From Candidatus Omnitrophota bacterium (GTDB lineage Bacteria; Omnitrophota; Gorgyraeia; Zapsychrales; Zapsychraceae), in the NCBI GenBank assembly GCA_015233115.1, contig JADFYJ010000001.1, forward strand, positions 67,084-131,083: DNA of 64,000 nt. The letters are read 5' to 3'. The position numbers and the translations under genes are program-made. The notes under the pieces are model-generated. The model did no database searches, had not been told where the DNA came from, and worked only from the letters and a program-made list of their open reading frames with translations. Of the stretch, positions 18,236 through 29,358 are shown piece by piece (within the stretch, counting starts at the first letter, position 1; the number at the start of each line of letters is the position of its first letter).

Positions 18236-20511
18236 TGCATAATTTTTTTGTATCGCAAATGGATTATATTTTCTTTGTATATGGGTTATCATTCATTTGT
18301 TTAGCGGCTACATCATTTTTTATGTACCGCGCCAGACCGCAATTGACGTATTGGAAATGGTTTGCTTTGTTTGGAATTTTTCATGGGATAGCGGAATGGC
18401 TGGATATGCTGGTTTTTAGTATGGGAGACGGTTTTTTATTTAAGCTGATCAGGATTTTATTTTTAACTTTATCATTTTTGTGTTTTGTGGAAATCGCCCG
18501 CGCTGAAGCGCAAAAACGCTGGGGCAATATATTGGGGCCATGGGTTTATATTCCGCTTTTATCTTTCACTTTAGGCTCGGGATGGATTTTGGGAGGATTG
18601 ACTGGCGTTAATATTTTGTCGCGGTATGTTTTTGGTGTTATGGGGGGGCTTCTCGCCATAAGCGTAATCTTAACATCAACGAAAAGTGATAAGGGGCGAA
18701 CGCGCTCTTTAGTTATATTTGCTAGTCTTTTGGGATGTTATGTTTGTACTCAATTTGTGGTACCTCGAGGATCATTTTTCCCTTCGTCATTAATGAATCA
18801 AGACACTTTTTTTTCTATTTTGGGTTTTCCCATTCAATTAGTCCGCATGGTTTTCGCCCTCGTTTTAGCTTGGATAGTCTGGTTGAAATATTCACGGTTG
18901 CGTATGCGAATGTTTTCAACGACAGAAAATAAATTGCGTTTTTGGCAAAAGGTTTGGTTTCCGTTAGGTTTTGTTATGATACTTACATTGGGCGGATTGC
19001 TGACTTACTATTCAGGTTATATTAAGGATCAGGAAAGCCGGCGTCATTTGCTGGATAATGCAGAAATTGCAGCTAGTTTGATTAATCCAAACAGAATTAA
19101 AACTCTGACCGGAACAGATCAAGATTTGCAGAATGAAAATTATAATAGGATTAGGGAGCAATTTTTGAATATCCTGACTGCTCAGCCTGAGGCATTATAT
19201 GTGTATCTTTTTGGCAAGAAGGACGGGAAAAATATTTTTCTTCTGGATACAGAACAGTCTGCGAAAATGAAATTAGTGCCTTTAGCAAAACCTGGAGAAG
19301 TGTATCCCGAAGACACGGAAATACTGGATCGAATCTTTCAGTCTGGCGGCTCTTGCGTAGTAGGCCCGGAGACGGACAAATGGGGTGCGTTTATTTCCGG
19401 ACTGGCCTCGATTCAGGATCCAGTTACAAACCGTTTCGTCGCGGTTTTGGGAATTGATTATGATGCCTCTCAATGGTCTTTAACCATTAATCGTGCCCGT
19501 TTAATGCCTATTGGAATAACACTATTATTTGGTATATTGTATCTAGTGTTTTTTATGGTTTACAAGCATGAAGAAGCAACTAAGCAGGGGGCGGAAGAAA
19601 GAGAATTGATACAAGTCAAATTGGCTGCTCAGTTACAGGAAAGCCAGGAACATTTGGATATGGCTTTAAAATCATCTCAAATGGGGACCTGGCATTGGGA
19701 TATAGAAAAAGATTATCGTTTTTGGGATGAACAAACTCACCGTTTAATGGGAACAGACCCACGGATTTTTGCGGGATCTTATCAGGAATTTTCCTGTATT
19801 TTACATCTAGATGATCACCAAAAATTAAATGACGCGCTGGCTAGAGCGTTAAAAGATGGTTTTTATGAAACAGATTACCGGGTGATTTGGCCGGATAAAA
19901 GCATTCATTACATTAATTCACGCGGCAAAGTTATTTATGATGACCAGAATAAGGCTCAGCGGATTATTGGTGTATGTTGGGATATAACCGGACAAAAGCG
20001 CGCGGAAAATTTATTATTGGAAAGTGAAAAAAAATATCATGTGCTTTTTGATGAGATGGTCAGTGGTTTTGCATACCATCAATTAATTTGTGATGAAAAA
20101 GGCCAGCCAGTGGATTACATTACTCTTGAGGTAAATAAAGAATTTGAGAAGCTAACGAACGGGCCAAAAGAATTAGTTATTGGTAAGCGGGCTTACGCGG
20201 CAGTACCAGGTCTGGATAAAGAATGGTTGGATATTTTTGGACAGGTCGCTTTGACTGGTCAGCCTTGTCACTACGTGCAGTATGCGTCTAATCTTGGTAA
20301 ATGGTTTGAAGGTTCTGTTTTCAGCGGAGAGAAGGGTTTTTTCGCGGTGACTTTTGTAGATATAACCGATAAGAAAAAAACTGAAGAAGAGCGGAATTCG
20401 CAAATGCAAGAACTTAAAATTTTTTATCAAGCCAGTGTGGGACGCGAAGAGCGTATTGTTGAGCTCAAAGACGAGGTGGAACGATTGAAAAAAGAATTGG
20501 GGCGGCCATGA
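18235..20511 (+). CDS. Multi-pass membrane sensor with extracytoplasmic domain and two PAS domains, no kinase
   Basis: About 7-8 N-terminal TM helices, Cache-like region (GPETDKWG..VLGID), PAS (GTWHWD..), PAS, C-terminal VGREERIVELK coiled coil. Confidence 0.8.
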   Translation: MHNFFVSQMDYIFFVYGLSFICLAATSFFMYRARPQLTYWKWFALFGIFHGIAEWLDMLVFSMGDGFLFKLIRILFLTLSFLCFVEIARAEAQKRWGNILGPWVYIPLLSFTLGSGWILGGLTGVNILSRYVFGVMGGLLAISVILTSTKSDKGRTRSLVIFASLLGCYVCTQFVVPRGSFFPSSLMNQDTFFSILGFPIQLVRMVFALVLAWIVWLKYSRLRMRMFSTTENKLRFWQKVWFPLGFVMILTLGGLLTYYSGYIKDQESRRHLLDNAEIAASLINPNRIKTLTGTDQDLQNENYNRIREQFLNILTAQPEALYVYLFGKKDGKNIFLLDTEQSAKMKLVPLAKPGEVYPEDTEILDRIFQSGGSCVVGPETDKWGAFISGLASIQDPVTNRFVAVLGIDYDASQWSLTINRARLMPIGITLLFGILYLVFFMVYKHEEATKQGAEERELIQVKLAAQLQESQEHLDMALKSSQMGTWHWDIEKDYRFWDEQTHRLMGTDPRIFAGSYQEFSCILHLDDHQKLNDALARALKDGFYETDYRVIWPDKSIHYINSRGKVIYDDQNKAQRIIGVCWDITGQKRAENLLLESEKKYHVLFDEMVSGFAYHQLICDEKGQPVDYITLEVNKEFEKLTNGPKELVIGKRAYAAVPGLDKEWLDIFGQVALTGQPCHYVQYASNLGKWFEGSVFSGEKGFFAVTFVDITDKKKTEEERNSQMQELKIFYQASVGREERIVELKDEVERLKKELGRP

Positions 20512-21488
20512 AGCACTTAAAATTATTTTTACTGATGGGATTATTATTTTTTTTGGTGGGAGTCCCAACTCTTCAGGCTTCTGAAGTGTCCCGTTTGACT
20601 ATCGCGTTGGATGATTGGGTGGGATATGGTTTATTTTATTTGGCTAAAGAAAAAGGATTCATGCGCGATGAAGGCGTTGATTTGGTTTTTGTCGATGAAC
20701 CATTAGATTCGGCGCGGCGCGACGCTTTTCAACAAGGCATATTAGATTGCGAAGGCGGTACTTTAGATTTGTTAGCTTCAAAAATCGCGCAGAATTCACC
20801 TATTGTCTCAGTCATGGAAACCGACCAATCTTTTGGTTCAGACGGTATTGTTGCCAATGAAAATATTAAAACTTTAGAAGATTTAAAGGGAAAAACCGTG
20901 GCCTTGGCACGCGACGATGCTGGGGAAACTTTTATTTCGGTCGTGTTTCATAAAAAAGACTTGTCTTTTAATGATTTAGTTATTGTGTCTACCGCGCCAG
21001 AAAATGTGGCGGAGACTTTTGTTAAAAATGAGGCAGAGGCATGCGTGACTTGGGAACCGCAAATTTCTCAAGCTCTACAAAAACCTGGCGCGCATATTTT
21101 AACCAGTTCCAGGGAATATCCGGGTATTATCATTGACACGTTGAATGTCAGAAAAGATTTGGTAGAAAAGGATCCTCTCTTGGTGAAAAAACTGATGCGT
21201 GGCTGGTTTACGGCTGTAAAATATTATCAGGAACATCCGGTTGAGGCGAGTGGAATTGTCGCGAAATATTATAAAATGTCTTCAGAAGAATACCGAAAAC
21301 AGGTCGCTGGTTTGAAATGGATCAGCTATGAAGAGCAGAAGAGTATTTTAGAATATAAAAAGTTGATCGATACGTTTAAAGTTATCACTGATATTAAATT
21401 CGAGAACGGCCGGATTTCCCAAAAGTTTGATGGGACAAAATTTATCAATCACACACTTTTGGAAAAATTGTATGAAAATCGTCGTTAA
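20508..21488 (+). CDS. SsuA/THI5(NMT1)-like solute-binding protein
   Basis: Signal peptide; DWVGYGLFYLAKEKG, DQSFGSDGIVA, DLKGKTVA, VTWEP, YPGIIID. Confidence 0.88.
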   Translation: MKHLKLFLLMGLLFFLVGVPTLQASEVSRLTIALDDWVGYGLFYLAKEKGFMRDEGVDLVFVDEPLDSARRDAFQQGILDCEGGTLDLLASKIAQNSPIVSVMETDQSFGSDGIVANENIKTLEDLKGKTVALARDDAGETFISVVFHKKDLSFNDLVIVSTAPENVAETFVKNEAEACVTWEPQISQALQKPGAHILTSSREYPGIIIDTLNVRKDLVEKDPLLVKKLMRGWFTAVKYYQEHPVEASGIVAKYYKMSSEEYRKQVAGLKWISYEEQKSILEYKKLIDTFKVITDIKFENGRISQKFDGTKFINHTLLEKLYENRR

Positions 21489-24400
21489 AATAACCCTTTC
21501 CTTTTTGATTATCAGTTTGATCGTCATTTGCACGATTGGTCCGTTTTTTTATTTTACGTCAAAAGATTATCTGCAAAAATCCTTATATAATAATTTGTCT
21601 GCTACTCTTTCTTCCCGGGTTGATCACATTGAAACATATTTTAAATTGATCAAACTTTTGATTCTGCAAAGATCTAAAAGTGTGGTATTTGAAAATTATT
21701 TGGTTTACCACGACAACGCTGATCCCCGGCAGGCAGAAACTTTGGAATCGGCCAAGAAATTGCTGATGAGGACTAAAGAAGCGGCTCATGAGTTTTATGA
21801 AGTGATGTTATTGGACGCGGCAGGCCGCGTGGTGGTTTCAAGTGATGAAACCAGTGTTGGGCAGGATAAATCCACGGATGCGTATTTTTTAGGAGCGAAG
21901 CGAGATGTTTATGTCAAAGATATGTATTTTTCAGTTTCGAAACATAAGCCGCTCATGGCCGTGTCAGCGCCGATTATTGAAAGCCAAACTAAGAAATTTT
22001 TAGGTGTCTTTGTGGTGCGGCTTATTTTGGATGATATATTCCAAATTTTTACCAATGTGACTGGTTTGGGAGATACCGGAGAAGTTTACGCGGTTAATAA
22101 GTACGGATATATAATTACACCGTCCCGGTTTTCATCTAATATTTTCTTAAAGCAGAAGATTCGGATCGATGACAGCAGGCAAGAAAAAATAATCAATACT
22201 TCGGACCATCGATCATTCAAAGGAAAAATTTCACGTGTTTATCCTAATTATCGAGGTGTACCTGTCGTAGGTGTTTATGAATATTTTCCAGCGATGAAGT
22301 GGAACATTGTCGCTGAAATGGAAGCCAAAGAAGCCTTCGCGTCTTTAGATAAACTTCGCACAATTTCTTTGATAATTTTTTTAATGGTCGCGCTCGCGGC
22401 TTGGTTGTTGGGAATGTTTATTGCCCGGTTAATTGTTGAACCGATCCGTCTGTTGCATAAGGGAACCGAAATTATCGGCGGCGGCAATTTAGATCACAAG
22501 GTCGCAATGCCGATGCAGGATGAAGTCGGTCAATTGTCACGGGCTTTTGATCTTATGGCGCAAAATTTAAAAAAGACCACCATTTCGATTGGGATTTTAA
22601 AGAATGAAATGGCGCAGCGGGAAAAAGTGGAAAAAGCTCTCATGGAGAGTGAAAACCGTTTCCGCTCGTTTTTTCAGGGATCCCGCGACGCGATTATGAC
22701 TATTGAACCGCCTAATTGGAATTTTGTGACAGCCAATCAGGCTACGTTAGATATGTTTAAAGTTAAAAATTTAGATGAATTTATTTCGTTTAGTATTGGA
22801 GACTTATCTCCGGAGAAACAGCCGGGAGGCCGTTTTTCTTCTGAAAAGGCCAAGGAAATGATTGAGCAGGCCATGCGGGATGGGTTCAATTATTTTGACT
22901 GGACTCACAAGAGAATCAACGGTGAAAAATTTCTCGTTACTGTGCTTTTGACTAAAATTGAAAATTTTGGAAAAGCGTTTCTTTTTGCCACGGTTAGGGA
23001 TATTACTCAACAAAAACAGGATGAAGAGCTGCTTAAAGATAATCAGCAGATGTTAGAGATTCAAAAAGGCCAATTGGAAGGAGCGTTAAAAGAATCGGTA
23101 AAATCTCACAAAATTATGGTTAATATGTTGGATGATAATAACCAATTGAGAGCTAAATTTGAGCAGTCTTCACGAAGATTTAAATTAATCTTGGAATCGT
23201 CTGGTGAGGGGATCTTTGGATTGGATAATGAAGGGAAGCACACTTTTGTCAATAAACAAGCCTTAAAATTTTTAGGATATGAAGAACAAGATTTGATTGA
23301 AAAGTCAAGTCATGCTATTTGGCATCATACTCGTCCAGATGGCAGTCCTTATCCCGCTCTGGAGTGTCCTATATACGCGACTTTGCATGATGGACAAATT
23401 CATCAGGGAGAAGAGTATTTCTGGCGAAAGAGTGGGGTTGGTTTTCCGGTTGAATTTAGTTGTTTTCCCCTTATTGAGGGCGGAAAAAGTATTGGAGCGG
23501 TGGTTTCTTTCCGGGACATTACTGAACGTAAACGCTATGAAGAAGAATTGCTCAAGTTAACTCGAGCTGTTAATCAAAGTCCGAGTTCGATTGTTATCAC
23601 CAATACCAACGGTGATATCGAATTTGTTAACCCCAAATTTAGCCAAGTGACGGGTTATTCGCAGGAAGAAGCCATGGGAAAAAATCCACGGGTTTTGAAA
23701 TCTGGAGAAATGGAGCTGGGAGAATATAAAAAGTTATGGGAAACGATCATCTCCGGAAATGAATGGCGCGGTGAATTTCATAATAAAAAAAAGAACGGCG
23801 AGCTGTATTGGGAACAGGCAGCCATTTCACCGATCAGAAATGCAGAAGGCAAAATTACTCATTATTTGGCCATTAAAGAAGACATTACTGAATTCAAAAA
23901 GCAATCCGCGGAAATCCAAAGGATTCGTAAGGCTCTTGATGATTCTCAAGCTCAGCTTTTTCAAACGGCCAAGCTTTCTACTTTAGGTGAAATGGCGACG
24001 GGCTTAGCGCATGAAATCAATCAGCCTTTGGGGGGAATTTCTTTAGTTATAACCATGTTTAAAAAATTTCTTGAGAAAAAGATTTTTACTGAAGACAAAT
24101 TGAGTGCAGGTATTAAGGATATTGAAACTTGCATTAACCGGATGACTCAGACGATTACCCACATCCGTTCATTTGCTCGTCAAGAGAAATTGGAAACGCA
24201 AGAAGTGGATGTGTTATTGACTATTGATTCAGCTTTAATTTTATTAGGAGAACAGCTCAGGATGCGCGAGGTTGAAATCACAAAAATGATCGAACCAAAT
24301 TTGCCCAAAATAATGGGTGAACCGCATCAGCTGGAGCAGGTGTGGATCAATTTCCTTTCCAATGCCCGAGACGCTATGGATTTCAAACAAAAACAAATTG

Positions 24401-24714
24401 AGGAAGGCGCGATCAGTTTAACTGGATATCATAAAAATCTTATTATTACCCTGACGCATGACAAAGACGCTAATATGCTGCTCGTGAGTTTTACCGATAA
24501 TGGCATTGGTGTTCCTGATGAATTTAAGAAAAAGATTTTCGATCCTTTTTTTACGACCAAGGAAGTTGGTAAAGGGACAGGTTTAGGTTTATCAATCAGT
24601 TATGGTATCATTGAATCTCATAAGGGAAGAATCGAAATTGAAAGTAAAGCGGGTGAAGGCGCGGTATTTAAGGTATATCTGCCAATAGAAAAGCGTGACT
24701 ATGTAACAGTGTGA
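21472..24714 (+). CDS. dCache-HAMP-PAS x3 histidine kinase
   Basis: Start ATG 21472 (MKIVVK); TM-Cache-TM, HAMP ([10 protein letters not shown]), three [14 protein letters not shown], HATPase. Confidence 0.92.
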   Translation: MKIVVKITLSFLIISLIVICTIGPFFYFTSKDYLQKSLYNNLSATLSSRVDHIETYFKLIKLLILQRSKSVVFENYLVYHDNADPRQAETLESAKKLLMRTKEAAHEFYEVMLLDAAGRVVVSSDETSVGQDKSTDAYFLGAKRDVYVKDMYFSVSKHKPLMAVSAPIIESQTKKFLGVFVVRLILDDIFQIFTNVTGLGDTGEVYAVNKYGYIITPSRFSSNIFLKQKIRIDDSRQEKIINTSDHRSFKGKISRVYPNYRGVPVVGVYEYFPAMKWNIVAEMEAKEAFASLDKLRTISLIIFLMVALAAWLLGMFIARLIVEPIRLLHKGTEIIGGGNLDHKVAMPMQDEVGQLSRAFDLMAQNLKKTTISIGILKNEMAQREKVEKALMESENRFRSFFQGSRDAIMTIEPPNWNFVTANQATLDMFKVKNLDEFISFSIGDLSPEKQPGGRFSSEKAKEMIEQAMRDGFNYFDWTHKRINGEKFLVTVLLTKIENFGKAFLFATVRDITQQKQDEELLKDNQQMLEIQKGQLEGALKESVKSHKIMVNMLDDNNQLRAKFEQSSRRFKLILESSGEGIFGLDNEGKHTFVNKQALKFLGYEEQDLIEKSSHAIWHHTRPDGSPYPALECPIYATLHDGQIHQGEEYFWRKSGVGFPVEFSCFPLIEGGKSIGAVVSFRDITERKRYEEELLKLTRAVNQSPSSIVITNTNGDIEFVNPKFSQVTGYSQEEAMGKNPRVLKSGEMELGEYKKLWETIISGNEWRGEFHNKKKNGELYWEQAAISPIRNAEGKITHYLAIKEDITEFKKQSAEIQRIRKALDDSQAQLFQTAKLSTLGEMATGLAHEINQPLGGISLVITMFKKFLEKKIFTEDKLSAGIKDIETCINRMTQTITHIRSFARQEKLETQEVDVLLTIDSALILLGEQLRMREVEITKMIEPNLPKIMGEPHQLEQVWINFLSNARDAMDFKQKQIEEGAISLTGYHKNLIITLTHDKDANMLLVSFTDNGIGVPDEFKKKIFDPFFTTKEVGKGTGLGLSISYGIIESHKGRIEIESKAGEGAVFKVYLPIEKRDYVTV

Positions 24715-24719
24715 CAATG
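24694..24719. repeat. Octamer array, left-arm type, overlapping the kinase stop codon
   Basis: CGTGACTA TGTAACAG TGTGACAA TG; shares ATGTAACAGTGTGACAATG with 15517-15535. Confidence 0.75.
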
Positions 24720-24838
24720 AAAAAACTATGGGAGAGCAAAACAATCGTATAGATGATAATAATTATTTATGTGATTGAAATTTTTATTTACTCATTTAAA
24801 ATGTTAATACAATTATTACACTAATTTGGAGAAATACC

Positions 24839-26005
24839 ATGATTAAAATTTTGGTGGTTGATGATGAACAATTATTGCGGGATCGCTTGAAAGGGCTCCT
24901 AGAGCTTGAAGACTATGAAGTTTGTCTTGCTGAGAGCGGGTTAAAAGGTTTGGAAGTTTTCAACGAAAAAAAACCCGACATTATTGTTTCAGATATTAAA
25001 ATGCCTGGCATGGACGGTATTCAAATGCTTGAAAAAATTAAAGCTCTTGGTTCGGATGTTGAAGTGATTATGCTGACCGGCCACGGCGGCATTGAAACGG
25101 CCATACAAGCTTTAAAAATCGGGGCATTTGATTATATGAATAAACCGGTCAATTTCGATGAGTTGTGCGTGAATATTACCCGTGCTATCGAAGCCCAAAA
25201 AATGCGCCAGCAATTAAAATCTCAGCAGTCACAACTTTTGCAAGCAGCTAAATTGAATGCTGTGGGCGAACTTGGAGCAGGCGTGGCGCATGAAATGAAT
25301 CAGCCTTTAATGGCCATCGCGTCACATCTGGAAGTTTTACTGATGAACGATGTTATTCTCCAGGATGCCGCGCTTAAAACTAAGATTCTGAAAATAAAAG
25401 ATCAGTTTGCGCGTCTGGGTACCATTGTTAAACGTATGCATGAATATTCCGGCAGTCGTAAAGAAGGATTTATTCAGGAAGATGTGAACCGCCCAATTAC
25501 CGATGGTTTGTATTTGATGAGTCAACAGCTTAAAGACCATAACATTGAATTGACACTGGAACTTGAAAAAGATTTACCGGTTGTACATATTGATCGTTAC
25601 CAAATTCAGGATGTTATCATTAATTTTCTAGTCAATGCCCGTGACGCAGTTGATGAGCGCCATAGTCAAAAAGAAGGCGGCCATATTTGGCTTATGTCTA
25701 AAAAAATGAAAAATGGCAAAGGGATCATTGCTGGAGTTATCGATAATGGCATCCCGGTCAAAAGCGGATCGGAAGACAGTATTTTTAATCCTTTTTTTAC
25801 AACAAAAGCGCCTGGTAAAGGAACAGGCTTGGGACTTTCTGTGTCTTATAATATTATGAAGTCTCATAAAGGCGTTATAGGCTTTACCGCGCTCAAAAAT
25901 GACCGGAAACTTTTTTATTGTGTACTGCCGATCGATAAAAATACCAATTTGACCATTGACCCGGCATTGAATGAAGAATTAAAATCAGAATGGGAAACTT
26001 TATAA
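24839..26005 (+). CDS. REC-histidine kinase
   Basis: N-terminal REC (VVDD, SDIKMPGMDG, KP), AHEMNQPL, HATPase with atypical G1 box (DNGIP). Confidence 0.9.
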   Translation: MIKILVVDDEQLLRDRLKGLLELEDYEVCLAESGLKGLEVFNEKKPDIIVSDIKMPGMDGIQMLEKIKALGSDVEVIMLTGHGGIETAIQALKIGAFDYMNKPVNFDELCVNITRAIEAQKMRQQLKSQQSQLLQAAKLNAVGELGAGVAHEMNQPLMAIASHLEVLLMNDVILQDAALKTKILKIKDQFARLGTIVKRMHEYSGSRKEGFIQEDVNRPITDGLYLMSQQLKDHNIELTLELEKDLPVVHIDRYQIQDVIINFLVNARDAVDERHSQKEGGHIWLMSKKMKNGKGIIAGVIDNGIPVKSGSEDSIFNPFFTTKAPGKGTGLGLSVSYNIMKSHKGVIGFTALKNDRKLFYCVLPIDKNTNLTIDPALNEELKSEWETL

Positions 26006-26024
26006 ATAACAAGGAGATATAATT

Positions 26025-26561
26025 ATGGCAGGTACACCAAAGGGTTATGTTTTGCTGGTTGATGATGAAGATCCCATCCGTGAATCATTAGAAGAGCTTC
26101 TTACCGCCTGTGGGTTTAAAGTTTATAACGGGAATTGCGTAGATAACGCGATTAAAGTATTGGAAAAACAGGATGATATCGAAGCCATTGTTAGCGACCT
26201 TAAAATGCCTGGCAAAACCGGTATTGATTTACTGCATTATTTGAACGAAAATAACCGTCAAATTCCGGTTATATTTTTGACTGGTTATGGCACACTGGAA
26301 ACTTGTCAGGAAGCCGTTCGGGAAGGCGCGTTTGATTACATTCTTAAACCTATCGATGATAAAGACAAAGTGCTTTTTCCGTTGCGTCACGCTATTGAAA
26401 AATTCCGTCTCATCAAGAGTAATGAAGAATTAAAAATTGATATTTTGCGTATGGCTGAAGAGCATGAAAAATTATTGGACTCAATTTTAAATGATGCGCA
26501 GACTAAAGATAAAGTACAAGAGAAGATCAATTCAATTGTGCGCAAGTGGGAAACGAAGTAA
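26025..26561 (+). CDS. Response regulator (REC + short coiled coil)
   Basis: LVDDE, SDLKMPG, LTGYG, ILKP. Confidence 0.9.
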   Translation: MAGTPKGYVLLVDDEDPIRESLEELLTACGFKVYNGNCVDNAIKVLEKQDDIEAIVSDLKMPGKTGIDLLHYLNENNRQIPVIFLTGYGTLETCQEAVREGAFDYILKPIDDKDKVLFPLRHAIEKFRLIKSNEELKIDILRMAEEHEKLLDSILNDAQTKDKVQEKINSIVRKWETK

Positions 26562-26586
26562 TTACTTATTAATAAAGAATAAAAGC

Positions 26587-26621
26587 AAAAAAAGACAGAT
26601 AAAATATATCTGTCTTTTTTT
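26587..26621. terminator. Bidirectional intrinsic terminator
   Basis: A7-GACAGAT-loop-ATCTGTC-T7 between the converging signalling operon and tRNA-Ser(UGA). Confidence 0.75.
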
Positions 26622-26628
26622 AAATAAA

Positions 26629-26734
26629 CGGAGAGGTAGGGATTCGGCGCCCTTCGGGTCGGCCACTCGCCTGCTAAGCAAAGGCTCCTACTCGTCGCCT
26701 TTAGCATGCTCTCTTCGAATCCTATATGATAAAA
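26629..26734 (-). repeat. tRNA-linked repeat (106-bp unit ending in a copy of the tRNA 3' end)
   Basis: CGGAGAGGTAGGGATTCG at 26629 and 26735; intervening GC-rich hairpins. Confidence 0.8.
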
Positions 26735-26819
26735 CGGAGAGGTAGGGATTCGAACCCTAGAAAGCTTGCGCCTTAACGGTTTTCAAGACCGCCGCATTCA
26801 ACCGCTCTGCCACCTCTCC
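26735..26819 (-). tRNA. tRNA-Ser(UGA)
   Basis: Reverse complement GGAGAGGTGGCAGAGCGGTTGAATGCGGCGGTCTTGAAAACCGTT...GGTTCGAATCCCTACCTCTCCG; long variable arm; CCA not encoded. Confidence 0.97.
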
Positions 26820-26891
26820 GAAAAAAATTACGAAGTAATTTTTTGAGGATCTCGAACCTTTAGGTGAGAGATCTCAATCGAAAGTATCTCA

Positions 26892-26919
26892 ATTATCCAC
26901 ATATACGAATTTTTGTCAA
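26892..26919 (-). promoter_or_regulatory. Promoter of tRNA-Ser(UGA)
   Basis: TTGACA-16 bp-GATAAT on the - strand. Confidence 0.6.
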
Positions 26920-27038
26920 ATATTTAGAAAATTTTGAATCTATAAATTTAATTTCCTATTTTTCTCATTTAGGTTAAAATACTAGTTAATTTAACTGGTT
27001 TGATGTGTATTGATTTTAATATTTTACAAGGAGGGTTT

Positions 27039-27566
27039 ATGGAGGGGATGTGGAAAGAAATTTCAGTAGAAGCTGTCAAATTGGGATTGAATCTTTTGGC
27101 TGCCATTTTAATTTTTATTTTAGGGAAATGGGCGGCTAAAATTGTTTCAAAATTTTCTGAAGGGATGATGACAAAAGCCAAAGTTAATCATACGTTAGCA
27201 TCATTCACAAAAAATATTGTTTATTATGGTCTTTTGATATTTGTGGCCATTGCCGCTCTTAATAAAGTCGGGATAGAAACAAATTCATTTGTCGCTTTGG
27301 TCGGCGCTGCCGGTTTAGCCGTTGGTTTTGCTTTACAAGGATCGTTAGCCAATTTCGCGGCGGGGGTTATGATCATATTTTTTCAACCCTTTCAAGTAGG
27401 CGATACGATTGAAGCGGCAGGTGCTATCGGGAAAGTTGAAGAGATCCAAATATTTAATACCGTCTTGCTAGGTGAGGGAAATAAGTTGATTATTATTCCA
27501 AATGGCAAATTAACGGCGGATAAAATTGTAGTCTCATTACCGCAAATGACTAAACCAGAGATTTAA
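27039..27566 (+). CDS. mscS: Short MscS-family mechanosensitive channel
   Basis: GGAGGG RBS; GAAGLAVGFALQGSLANFAAG, PFQVGD, IPNG; lacks the C-terminal cage domain. Confidence 0.85.
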   Translation: MEGMWKEISVEAVKLGLNLLAAILIFILGKWAAKIVSKFSEGMMTKAKVNHTLASFTKNIVYYGLLIFVAIAALNKVGIETNSFVALVGAAGLAVGFALQGSLANFAAGVMIIFFQPFQVGDTIEAAGAIGKVEEIQIFNTVLLGEGNKLIIIPNGKLTADKIVVSLPQMTKPEI

Positions 27567-27629
27567 TGAATTTAAAGGCAGGAGTGTCGCGGAAGTTGAT
27601 TTAAAAAATATTATATTTTTTAAAATGAC

Positions 27630-27658
27630 TTGTCTAAATTTTAATATTTGAATACAAT
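27630..27658 (+). promoter_or_regulatory. Sigma70-type promoter
   Basis: TTGTCT-17 bp-TACAAT. Confidence 0.5.
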
Positions 27659-27695
27659 ATAAAAAATAAACCTAAATCTATATTTGATTATCTTC

Positions 27696-29147
27696 ATGAC
27701 AAAAAAACCTTTTTCTATTTCTAAATCGATCGAAGATGAATCTTTGATCCGAAAATTTTCGGTCATATTTTTAGTCATTTCATTACTGCCGACTTTAGTC
27801 CTTTTTTATTTTTATACCCAGTTATCTGGGACCGGTTCCATTCAAGTATCCGTTAAAAGTTTAAATTTCGCTCTGACTTTTATTGTTCTCGGCGTTTTAT
27901 TGGGTTATGGCACCATGCGGAGGATTATTAAAAATTTAATTGATTTAGTTACGTCTAATAAAAAAATTTTAGAACGAATATTGAGTCCTCAAAAATTAAA
28001 GGAAATGGGCTCGTCTAAAAATGAAATATCCATACTCACGCATTCTTTTATTGCGATTACCAGTGAGTTAGAAGAAAATGTCCGCGAACTGCAGTTAGCT
28101 AAAAATACCATTTATGATGTGATGAATAAGGTCGCAAAAGGGATGGCGAATATGGATCAGATCGAGACTTTTTTAGATTTGATTCTGGAGACAGTCACAG
28201 AGGCGATGTCTGGTCAGAAGGGTTATATCGTCCGGCTTGAACTTGACAGTAGTTTTAAAATTCATTCCGCGCATGGTGTTGCCCAAGATATTAATATTGA
28301 CCAATTATTATCTCCCGATGATATCACTTTTATTCGGGAAGTTTTAAAATCAAAAAAAGTCGATATTCGCACTAAAGATGATGTGGACTGGGCACAAAAA
28401 TTTAAAAGCGGAATATTTGAATTGCCATTTATTTGCGCTCCTTTAGTTAAGAAGGATGATATTCTGGGAGTATTAATTGTTTCCGGCCGCAAGATGGCCA
28501 GGGATTTTGACGCTGACGAAGGAGATTTAATGGCTCATTTAGCCGCGCAAACGGCAATTGCGATAGAAAACTCAAGGTTAAATAAAGATATTGAACAAAC
28601 GTATTTTGAAACTATTTCCGCTTTAGCTTTGGCGGTTGATGCTAAGGATCAATATTCTCGTGGGCATTTGGATCGGGTCGCTGATTGCGCGGATAAGATT
28701 GGCGTGCGTATGGGGCTTGAAGATAATGAGTTAAAACTTTTGCGAGATGCGGCGCGATTACATGATTTAGGAAAAATTGGTATTCCGGATGATGTATTGG
28801 GCAAAGGATCTCAATTAAGTGTAGAAGAATGGGTTATGATGCGTAAACATCCGGAAATTGGCGAAAGCATTATAAAGCCGGTTAGAACGTTATTACCTTT
28901 GTGTGATTTGATCCGGCACCATCATGAGAAGCTGGATGGTTCTGGATATCCGGATGGATTGAAAGGTAATGATGTCACGCCATTAGTCCGCATCATGGCT
29001 GTGGCAGATATTTACGACGCAGTAACGACTGACAGATCTTACCGGAAAAAAATAACCCCGCATGAGGCTTGCAATATTTTACGCAGTATGGGCAGTCAGC
29101 TAGATCAGGATGTCGTAGACATTTTGGCCGAGATTGTCGAGGAATAA
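27696..29147 (+). CDS. Membrane GAF + HD-GYP cyclic-dinucleotide phosphodiesterase
   Basis: Two TM helices, GAF, HDLGK, HHEKLDGSGYPDGL, VADIYDA. Confidence 0.92.
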   Translation: MTKKPFSISKSIEDESLIRKFSVIFLVISLLPTLVLFYFYTQLSGTGSIQVSVKSLNFALTFIVLGVLLGYGTMRRIIKNLIDLVTSNKKILERILSPQKLKEMGSSKNEISILTHSFIAITSELEENVRELQLAKNTIYDVMNKVAKGMANMDQIETFLDLILETVTEAMSGQKGYIVRLELDSSFKIHSAHGVAQDINIDQLLSPDDITFIREVLKSKKVDIRTKDDVDWAQKFKSGIFELPFICAPLVKKDDILGVLIVSGRKMARDFDADEGDLMAHLAAQTAIAIENSRLNKDIEQTYFETISALALAVDAKDQYSRGHLDRVADCADKIGVRMGLEDNELKLLRDAARLHDLGKIGIPDDVLGKGSQLSVEEWVMMRKHPEIGESIIKPVRTLLPLCDLIRHHHEKLDGSGYPDGLKGNDVTPLVRIMAVADIYDAVTTDRSYRKKITPHEACNILRSMGSQLDQDVVDILAEIVEE

Positions 29148-29358
29148 ACTATATTTGAAATTGTCATTATTTTGTATTAAGATCTCTCACCTGACGGTTC
29201 GAGATCCTCACCATTCTCGGATGGATGATAGAGGTTTAATTTATTGAAGTCGGAGAGGTGTCTGAGTGGTTGGCCGTTGATAATTTTGATGCGGCACCAG
29301 GCAATAATTGAAACGGTTCGCACACGATTAGGTGTGAATAAATGCTAATATTTTTTTT

